Source: Candidatus Thorarchaeota archaeon (GTDB lineage Archaea; Asgardarchaeota; Thorarchaeia; Thorarchaeales; Thorarchaeaceae). From it: DNA of 40,529 nucleotides. The position numbers and the translations under genes are program-made. Below, piece after piece: positions 1-7,189 of the stretch. Position 1 is the first letter of the stretch. Each line of letters begins with the position of its first letter. The notes below the pieces were generated by a model that made no database searches, was not told where the DNA came from, and worked only from the letters and a program-made list of their open reading frames with translations. Where the stretch lies: the NCBI GenBank assembly GCA_046482545.1, contig JAWOEX010000036.1, positions 1 through 40,529 of the forward strand. The letters run 5' to 3'.

Positions 1-39
1 AACCTGTATTGTCGCTTAGGAATCCGTCCTCATCACAAG

Positions 40-720
40 TTAAAGGATGTCTTTTATCAGTCTGGCTTCCTGCGTTTCTTCGTCATATTCAATGAGATTA
101 GCATTTGCTAAGTCATGAATAGCTTTCAGGACCTGTGCAGGCTGGATTCCGGTACTATCCGCTAAGTGTTTTCTGTTGATTGCAGTCTGTATATCGTGGA
201 GTGTATACAATATTCGAGCATGGGGTTTGCCATAAAAAACGGTTTCCAAAAGTAACACGTACACACCAAGCAAGTCGCTTACATCAACCTTTTCCTGTAC
301 CGCTTCCTTTTCAACTGACGTTTCACGATATAGCTCCGATACTCTTTCGAGCTTCTGTGTTATCTGCTCCATTTCGGCTTGGAGTTTATCACGCTCGGCT
401 CTTAGAATCTCCAGCTCTTGGTCTCTTGTTTCTTCTCTACTCTCCAGCTGGCTTTTGAGCTCATCAAGTTTCTCTGTCTCTTCGGATAATTCCTGTTCCA
501 GGTTGGTCTTTTCCGTTTTGAGTTGCTCAACCTTTTCCTGCAGAGCCTCGGCCTTTTCCTCTACAGCCCAAGCTTTCTCTTGAGCTTCTCTGCGTGCACT
601 CCGTAATTCTTCGTTCTTTTCTTCGAGTGCGTCACGGTCATCAATCACTTTTACAACTTCGTGCTTAAATTCGTCGAATAATTCAAGCAATTCTTCCCTC
701 TTCTCGGACATCACAGCCAT
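40..720 (-). CDS. Coiled-coil protein with C-terminal winged-helix (wHTH) domain, function unknown
   Basis: About 145 aa of E/K/L-rich heptads, then an HTH/wing pattern (INRKHLADSTGIQPAQVLKAIHDLANANLIEYD); starts 27 bp after the top6A stop on the same strand. Confidence 0.75.
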   Translation of the reverse strand: MAVMSEKREELLELFDEFKHEVVKVIDDRDALEEKNEELRSARREAQEKAWAVEEKAEALQEKVEQLKTEKTNLEQELSEETEKLDELKSQLESREETRDQELEILRAERDKLQAEMEQITQKLERVSELYRETSVEKEAVQEKVDVSDLLGVYVLLLETVFYGKPHARILYTLHDIQTAINRKHLADSTGIQPAQVLKAIHDLANANLIEYDEETQEARLIKDIL

Positions 721-747
721 CCTCGCTATAGTTGAGGGCAGACTGCT

Positions 748-1896
748 TTATATGAGTTTCACATCATCTTCTCTTGCTTTCTCTTGGATATACTGGATGT
801 AGAACTCTTTGAGCTCGGAAAGGGGCATTCCAAATGCTTTGAACGCTTCCAGTTCTCCTTTCCGACGTTTTTTGATTAACACATCGTTTTCGTGGCTAAG
901 CAGGTCATTTTCTTTGATTGCAGGTATCCCCTTATTCTGACGTGCACAACGCAAATCGGATTTAGACATTGGTTCAAGCGTGTGCTCGATTGATGCGAGA
1001 AGGCCGTCATCGCTCCAGAAATCACTAGTTGTCAAGCCAATGAGTCTGGCATCTGGAGCTGCTAGACCTTGAATATTCGCCAGTTCTATACTATTGCTCT
1101 GAATCGTTGAGAATATTCGGAGAGACCACGGAGACATATCTACAAGAACCAATATCGGAATTTCTTCTTGTGAGAGCTTACGTATCCAGGCTCGCATATT
1201 ACGTCCTGGCTGTCCGAAAAGTGCGCCTACCCCAATCCCAATCTCTTCGGGAATGCCTAGCTCTATAATGTTTCGGGCCATTGCTTCCTTTTCCACAAAA
1301 ACGGCGGCTTGGATATTCATGTCATAGATTTGAACTTCTGAAGGTCGTGAAGATATGAACCAGCCATATTCACCAGCAGCATCGCACTTGATCTTCTTAC
1401 CAGACAGGTCAGAGAGAGTAACATCACCATAGAAGGTGCCTTTGGGTGAACTTACGACACCAAATTCTTCACGGGGAACAGAGTGACCATTCCTTCGTAG
1501 AATTCTCTCACAGAGCTTGATTATACGATTGGTCTCGTTTTGACTTCCGATTTTCAGGACCTGCTTCACTTCTTTGACTTTGTGCATGTAATAGAAGTCT
1601 CGCAAGCTCATTGACATGCCCTGTTCAAGATGTTCCTTAAATCTGGAAAGGCCGTACGTTAGGCCTGCAATCATCTTGGCGCTTTTCACTTTTCGACCGT
1701 CCATATATGAAGGCGAGTCATCTACGTGTTTATACCCAGACCCAGGGTCGTATGCTACGTTCGACTTGGAAGAGGCATAGTAACCAATCTCTGGAAAGAA
1801 ACCATCATTTAGGGTCTCGGATATTGTTTTGAGCACATGGTCGATAAGTGGAACCACATCATCGGGGTTCCGTATTTCCGTTGTGGACTGAGTCAC
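748..1896 (-). CDS. top6A: DNA topoisomerase VI subunit A (Spo11 family)
   Basis: SLRDFYY catalytic-Tyr motif, Toprim FVEKEA, GQP.RNMR, C-terminal KGELEA; 4-bp overlap with top6B. Confidence 0.9.
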   Translation of the reverse strand: MTQSTTEIRNPDDVVPLIDHVLKTISETLNDGFFPEIGYYASSKSNVAYDPGSGYKHVDDSPSYMDGRKVKSAKMIAGLTYGLSRFKEHLEQGMSMSLRDFYYMHKVKEVKQVLKIGSQNETNRIIKLCERILRRNGHSVPREEFGVVSSPKGTFYGDVTLSDLSGKKIKCDAAGEYGWFISSRPSEVQIYDMNIQAAVFVEKEAMARNIIELGIPEEIGIGVGALFGQPGRNMRAWIRKLSQEEIPILVLVDMSPWSLRIFSTIQSNSIELANIQGLAAPDARLIGLTTSDFWSDDGLLASIEHTLEPMSKSDLRCARQNKGIPAIKENDLLSHENDVLIKKRRKGELEAFKAFGMPLSELKEFYIQYIQEKAREDDVKLI

Positions 1897-3431
1897 TGCA
1901 TCTCCCTCCCATCAGGAAAGAGAGCATCAATTGCTACATTCTGTCCTGTAGATTCTGTCAGTGTTTTCGATATGAATCTATAGTACTGCTTCAATTTGCT
2001 TTTTCTACGGCGCTTCTTCCGCGCTCTATGTTTCTTTCTGACTTTGGTTGCTATTTCTCGAAGACACTGCTTGAATCCAAGGTCAATCTCACGCCTGATA
2101 CTATCCACATTACCGATGTATTCCTTGCCAACTGTCTTGTATGGAATCCGCGTCGAACATATGTGCGTGAAGAATGCAAGTTTGTCTTGGTCATCTAGAT
2201 CATAGTTTCCAAGGTTTAGGTCTCGCATCACCTTGTTCGATACGTCGGAACCCTCATCATACAGAAGGGGTATTCGGTTTGCAAAGCGGTATAGCGTTAG
2301 CCCTTCTTCTATCTCCCCTCCGTAAGCAACACCAATTTCGACTATGAAGGGATGTCCTTCGTAGACACTAGGTTTTCGCTGACAAACTGCAAAGAACTGC
2401 GGTGAGAGTCTCTGAATCCCTGAAGAGAGAACATCTTCACCAGCCGGAGAGAGAGCCGAAGCTGAAGGGGGGAGAAAACCCTCAAAGGAATCTATCCCTC
2501 GCATGAGACGTTTGAGTTCAATAGTTGTTAGATTCGATGGTTTCCTTTCAGCATCCAGACCACAGTGATTGAGAAGATTCTCTGATGTGATTTTTCCTAC
2601 TCGATGAAACGCACTTCTCATGAACCCTGCTAGTGTTCTGTTTTCCGCTTTATCGAGCATCTTTTTGAGCATTTCAAGGTCGATACCCTCCGGATGCGGT
2701 TTCATTTCTGAAGGGACCGTTGGCAATGAACTGGTTACCCGTTTGAATACTAATTGCTCTTGGTCGGGGTTGTAGAATGTTAATGAGGCATAGGGAGCAA
2801 TAATGCTAGTCTGTTTGAAATAATCGATAATTCTCCTTTTACTTCTCAACCAGTCACCTTTGAGATGATATGAAATTGTGGTGCCGTGCCGTGCCTGTTT
2901 CTTTTCGTAATCAGTTTCTTCAAGAATTATAGGTTCATTCGCTTCGATATCAAGCTGCAATACAAGCTTATGCCCCATAGCTTCTCCATGCTGCTCTGTC
3001 TTGACTTCTATGGGGTTCTGTGTGGTGATTTGTCCGTAGAGGAGAGCTAGGGCTCCCCCGAGACCAAATGTTCCCCGGCTTTGTCTTTGTGTATATTTTG
3101 TACCCGTTAGCATCTTCCCAAGCAACTTAGGTGCGTTCTCAGGACAAATTCCCGTTCCATTATCTTGAACGGTTAGGCAATAAAGCTGAGGTCCGGCTGC
3201 GAAAAGATCTTCGTCATCGTCTAGCGAGCTTTCTCTCCGAAGTGATACTGATATATCTGGAAGCACTCTGGCCTCTTCGCACGCATCAAGAGCGTTCTCA
3301 ACGAGCTCTCTGACTGAAACATAGAGCGACCGTGCGGGATTATCGAACCCGGCGATTGTGCGGTTGCGATAGAACCAAGCGGAGACTGATAACTCCTCTA
3401 AGCTCGAGTCTGTGCTGCCAGTGGATAGCAT
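1893..3431 (-). CDS. top6B: DNA topoisomerase VI subunit B
   Basis: GHKL motifs ELVENALDA, DNGTGI and QSRGTFGLG; KPHPEG, H2TH segment, transducer RFANRIPLLYD and KTVGKE. Confidence 0.96.
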   Translation of the reverse strand: MLSTGSTDSSLEELSVSAWFYRNRTIAGFDNPARSLYVSVRELVENALDACEEARVLPDISVSLRRESSLDDDEDLFAAGPQLYCLTVQDNGTGICPENAPKLLGKMLTGTKYTQRQSRGTFGLGGALALLYGQITTQNPIEVKTEQHGEAMGHKLVLQLDIEANEPIILEETDYEKKQARHGTTISYHLKGDWLRSKRRIIDYFKQTSIIAPYASLTFYNPDQEQLVFKRVTSSLPTVPSEMKPHPEGIDLEMLKKMLDKAENRTLAGFMRSAFHRVGKITSENLLNHCGLDAERKPSNLTTIELKRLMRGIDSFEGFLPPSASALSPAGEDVLSSGIQRLSPQFFAVCQRKPSVYEGHPFIVEIGVAYGGEIEEGLTLYRFANRIPLLYDEGSDVSNKVMRDLNLGNYDLDDQDKLAFFTHICSTRIPYKTVGKEYIGNVDSIRREIDLGFKQCLREIATKVRKKHRARKKRRRKSKLKQYYRFISKTLTESTGQNVAIDALFPDGREMQ

Positions 3432-3502
3432 AGTGTTCTTTCACCTAGCTTACAGCTCCTGTGAGGTGTCGATTACCTATGAAGCGTGGTATTATCCCCA
3501 CA

Positions 3503-4378
3503 TCATAATAATGGCAAGCCGAAGTATAGGAATACTAAGAGTGCAGCTAATCCTACCACCTGAAGCCCCCACACTTTCTTGTTCCAGCGCAGGACAGTTC
3601 CACCATCGAATGGTTGAACCGGTATCATATTGAATAGTCCCAGTACGGCATTAAGCATTAATCCAAATCTAATGATTTGATTTATTGGATAGACGAAAAA
3701 ACCCAAAACCGATGAAAGGGCTGCTACACCGACGATAATCAAACCCATAATAAAATTGGATAATGGCCCAGCTAAGTTAGCCTTCCCATGTTCTTCGAGT
3801 GTCGCCCTTCCTCTGGTCATCACCGCCCCTGTGCCAAATACTGGAAATCGAAACAGTATAGCCATAGCAGAGAGTAAGTATCCATATGTGGTCATCCTGA
3901 ATTCGCTCCACATTCCAAAACTCTGAGCGGTGAATTTGTGTGCCAACTCGTGTACCATGAATGCAGTAAGAAACAAAACGATAGTTGCCACTGGATACCA
4001 CCAGTAGGGTGAGAACAGCATAGCTATTCCTCCGATTATGGGAGTAGATCCGGTTAGTGACAAACCCACAAGAACAACCAAAGCCGAAGCAATGAGTAAG
4101 TCTCTGATTTCTCTTTTAGAAAAGCGACCTGTCTTTCTCTTTGGTAGTTTTGAGGTGAGCTTTGGAAGAAGTGAAATCGATAGTTGTTCGCTTTGGTTGG
4201 ACTTTGCCTCTTTCGGCGCTTGTGGCCTGATCCGTTTTTCTCGAGCACGTTCGTGTACCTCTTGCATTGCAGGGCAATTATGATTCTCTGGTAATCTATG
4301 GTCTGCACAGAATGGCTTGTTACAATAGGGACAAGTGAAACAGAGATCTTCTTTGCCGCAGAGAGAGCAACGAGTCAT
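3503..4378 (-). CDS. AN1-type zinc finger fused to M50 (site-2 protease family) intramembrane metalloprotease
   Basis: N-terminal CSLCGK..CPYCNKPFCADHRLPENHNC (AN1); HELAH, AGPLSN and NMIPVQPFDG motifs; several TM helices. Confidence 0.9.
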   Translation of the reverse strand: MTRCSLCGKEDLCFTCPYCNKPFCADHRLPENHNCPAMQEVHERAREKRIRPQAPKEAKSNQSEQLSISLLPKLTSKLPKRKTGRFSKREIRDLLIASALVVLVGLSLTGSTPIIGGIAMLFSPYWWYPVATIVLFLTAFMVHELAHKFTAQSFGMWSEFRMTTYGYLLSAMAILFRFPVFGTGAVMTRGRATLEEHGKANLAGPLSNFIMGLIIVGVAALSSVLGFFVYPINQIIRFGLMLNAVLGLFNMIPVQPFDGGTVLRWNKKVWGLQVVGLAALLVFLYFGLPLL

Positions 4379-4475
4379 GATAGGATCCAGAGGTGGAAAG
4401 ATTGAATCTTCATATTTACATATGCATTGTGGCGATATACTTCTTTCTGAATAACATGTTTCTTACAGTTGAGTG

Positions 4476-4876
4476 AGTGAACCCAACTGAGGAACTCCTG
4501 TGTTCCACCCCTCGCCTGCCCAGCGTCACCACCATAGGGGCGCTATACCCGGCCAAGCAAGGGCTTTGACCGCCATCATCAGGAAACGGTCCCTCCTTCG
4601 GCTTCTGTATCCTGTCCGGTTCCAAGCACATCACGCCCGGGGGCAGCAAGGTTTTCCACAGCTTTTGCCACGGCGGGGTTATTATCGCTCGGTCCAGTCT
4701 CGTCGCCGAAGCTGGACAGGTCCAATTAAACAAAGCGAACAGCCGCGGACTCTCCAGAGCTCGATAAAGTTCCTTGTTTGGAGAGTGAGGACTTCTGCTT
4801 AGTGGAAAAAGTCCACCTCACAGCTTTCGGCCGCGTGCGTCACGCTACAGCGCTAGCCCACTTGCCTAGTCCTACT
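4476..4876 (-). ncRNA. Large structured non-coding RNA (~400 nt), family unresolved (SRP-Alu-like 5' end, loosely RNase P-like 3' half)
   Basis: GC-rich island with at least 10 helices found by hand; most G-U pairs work on the minus strand; 5' and 3' ends can pair (4868-4876 with 4476-4483); TATA-like TTTATTAG about 25 nt upstream. Confidence 0.7.
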
Positions 4877-4898
4877 AGACTGCATTCTCGCACTAGAC

Positions 4899-4914
4899 CT
4901 AATAAACCGTCCTT
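4899..4914 (-). promoter_or_regulatory. Putative BRE/TATA promoter of the structured RNA
   Basis: Minus strand reads aaggacgg-TTTATTAG, about 25 bp upstream of the predicted RNA 5' end. Confidence 0.45.
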
Positions 4915-5090
4915 ATCTGTGGCCAAGAGAGAGTTGCAGGAATTCTTACAGAAATTTTACACTTCTATGCGCCGATTTATTTAGGATTCTGTAAGATTTC
5001 TAATACTCTGGATGCTTTAAGGAAAGGCTTAAGTTTATGCCCTGCCGCGCTCAGTTCGGTTGTTGACTAACCTTACTGGAGTCAATCGAA

Positions 5091-6488
5091 GTGGACTTTG
5101 ATGTCGCTATTGTAGGAAGCGGCCCCGCCGGTATATTCTGTGCTTTGGAGCTACTAAGAAACAGACCAGAGCTTAAGGTCAAGATACTGGAACGTGGAAA
5201 ACCAATCGAGGAAAGACAATGTCCAAATTCTACTGCTGCACGAGGTTGTAAGAAATGTCAGCCCTGCCAGATTCTCGCAGGGTGGGGTGGGGCAGGAGCA
5301 TTCTCCGACGGAAAGCTTACGATATCACCCAGAGTAGGAGGCTGGCTTGATGAGATAGTTGGCGTGGATCGCTTGAATAGTCTCATCAATTATGTGGAGG
5401 ATATATATCTCGAGCATGGTGCTCCGGAAGAAACCTATGGCAGCAACCATGACAAGATAGAGGAATATTCCAGAAAAGCAGCTTTGGCAGGAATGGAACT
5501 GATTCCGCAGCAAATACGACATATGGGTCGAGAAGGCTGCATCGATGTTATGAGCAGTATGTATCACGAGATTTTAGACAACGCCGAAATCAGTTTCAGG
5601 ACTGAAGCTAAGGAGTTGTTGGTTGAGGATTCTCGGGTTGTAGGAATTGAAGCTGATGATGGTAACGAACTTGTGCGGGCGAGGTACGTAGTCGCCGCAC
5701 CTGGAAGGGTTGGCAACGAATGGCTTTCAAATCAGGCTGATAGATTTCCTTCCCTCCATACAGATAGCAACTACGTGGATATCGGCCTACGGGTAGAAAT
5801 CCCAGCTCCTGTAATGGAAGATATTGCCGAGGCGCTCTATGAGCCCAAATTAATATACTACAGCAAACAGTTTGATGACAAGGTCAGGCTTTTCTGCTTT
5901 AATCCGCGTGGCTATGTCACCACAGAATACTATGATGAAATCCTTACCGTAAACGGTCAATCATTTGCAAACAAGAAGACCAGCAGCTCAAATTTTGCTC
6001 TCCTTGTCTCAACCAAGTTCACAGCACCATTCAATGAACCAATCGAGTATGGTAGGTCTATAGCTAGGCTCGCCAACATGCTTGGAGACGGAGTCCTTGT
6101 ACAGCGTCTTTCTGACCTCCGACGTGGAAAACGGAGTACACAAGAGAGGCTCTCCCGGACACCTGTCAACCCTACGCTTCCCAGTGCTTGCCCTGGTGAC
6201 CTAAGCTTTGCGCTGCCCTACCGGCATCTAAGCTCCATAATGGAGATGTTGGATGCGTTGGATGAACTATGTCCTGGTGTTGCCCGAGACGGTACCCTGT
6301 TATATGGCGTGGAAGTGAAATTCTATTCTTCGCGTATAGGTGTCGATGAATCACTGGAGACAAAAGTTGAGAATCTGTACGCCATCGGGGACGGAGCAGG
6401 CATAACAAGAGGTTTGATGCAATCCTCAGTATCCGGCGTTATTGCAGCAAGGGATATTCTTGCCAAAGAAGGGATAAATGCTGGTTGA
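5091..6488 (+). CDS. FAD-dependent oxidoreductase (COG2509-like)
   Basis: VAIVGSGPAG Rossmann motif, Cys cluster C..CKKCQPC, GWGGAGAFSDGKL, C-terminal YAIGDGAGITRG. Confidence 0.9.
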   Translation: MDFDVAIVGSGPAGIFCALELLRNRPELKVKILERGKPIEERQCPNSTAARGCKKCQPCQILAGWGGAGAFSDGKLTISPRVGGWLDEIVGVDRLNSLINYVEDIYLEHGAPEETYGSNHDKIEEYSRKAALAGMELIPQQIRHMGREGCIDVMSSMYHEILDNAEISFRTEAKELLVEDSRVVGIEADDGNELVRARYVVAAPGRVGNEWLSNQADRFPSLHTDSNYVDIGLRVEIPAPVMEDIAEALYEPKLIYYSKQFDDKVRLFCFNPRGYVTTEYYDEILTVNGQSFANKKTSSSNFALLVSTKFTAPFNEPIEYGRSIARLANMLGDGVLVQRLSDLRRGKRSTQERLSRTPVNPTLPSACPGDLSFALPYRHLSSIMEMLDALDELCPGVARDGTLLYGVEVKFYSSRIGVDESLETKVENLYAIGDGAGITRGLMQSSVSGVIAARDILAKEGINAG

Positions 6489-6580
6489 TAGATGATTCAA
6501 TGTAAGCAGCTTTCTATTCTAAATGGCCGATCAGAATTCGAAGCCATTACTCTTACAAAATAAGGTTACACATCCTAATC

Positions 6581-6629
6581 TTTATATATCTAGGGACTAG
6601 TTGGTACTATAGTAATAATTGGTCCCTAG
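6581..6629 (+). promoter_or_regulatory. TATA box followed by an inverted repeat (candidate operator) upstream of hsp20-cdc48
   Basis: TTTATATA at 6581-6588; CTAGGGACTAGTT (6590-6602) and AATTGGTCCCTAG (6617-6629) form an 11/13 inverted repeat. Confidence 0.5.
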
Positions 6630-6727
6630 TTGACCAAATTGCAAACATACAGAAAACGAAGTCCCATTGGTGACTCTTAGGGCGGCACAATGCCGCCCGG
6701 GACTTCACTAGATGGGAGGAATGTATT

Positions 6728-7171
6728 ATGACAAATATTGATGATGATTTCGATGCGCTAGTCCGCGAGATGCTTCGGAGGTTCTTCTCCGGTTCATCGG
6801 CGTTCGGACCCATGATGGGCGAAATACACCGCATACGTCCTGAATCAGGCGAAGGTGAGGTTCCTGGCGTGAAGGAACCTAGTGATGAAGAACAGCATGT
6901 GGAGCGCATTGACCTTGATGATAGAATTATTATTGTAATAGATGGATGTAGAGATAGCGATAATCCTGAAGCTCGTATTGAAGGGAGAGAAGTTGAAGTC
7001 GCTTTGAATGAGACTGCTTCGGATATCCACGATTTCGAAGCACCCTTCGCTGTTGATATAGATAAATCAACTATGACATTTCGAAATGGGATTGTTGAGA
7101 TTACTCTGGTCAAATCAGGGAGTGAAGATACCTCCTCTGACTTCAACGAGGGGCTCCTCAGACCAGAATAG
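6728..7171 (+). CDS. hsp20: Small heat-shock protein (Hsp20/alpha-crystallin-like)
   Basis: N-terminal DDFD..REM.RRFF and C-terminal STMTFRNGIVEITLVK; sits directly upstream of cdc48, a common archaeal arrangement. Confidence 0.75.
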   Translation: MTNIDDDFDALVREMLRRFFSGSSAFGPMMGEIHRIRPESGEGEVPGVKEPSDEEQHVERIDLDDRIIIVIDGCRDSDNPEARIEGREVEVALNETASDIHDFEAPFAVDIDKSTMTFRNGIVEITLVKSGSEDTSSDFNEGLLRPE

Positions 7172-7189
7172 AGGGAGATGTGAGAAATA

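Noticed and set aside
4480-4660. Plus-strand RNase P-like or SRP-like words (GAGGAACTCC, GGAAACGG, GCAGCAAG)
   Set aside because: Spacing and P4 pairing do not fit, no terminal ACAGAA..GCUUA, and most G-U pairs favour the minus strand
4590-4670. Cobalamin riboswitch or group II intron reading of the structured RNA
   Set aside because: Only GCUGCCCCC matches; no B12 box, no GUGYG start and no domain V
4416-4984. ORFs 4416..4733(-), 4500..4802(+) and 4778..4984(+)
   Set aside because: Mutually overlapping, unprotein-like composition, better explained as by-products of the GC-rich structured RNA
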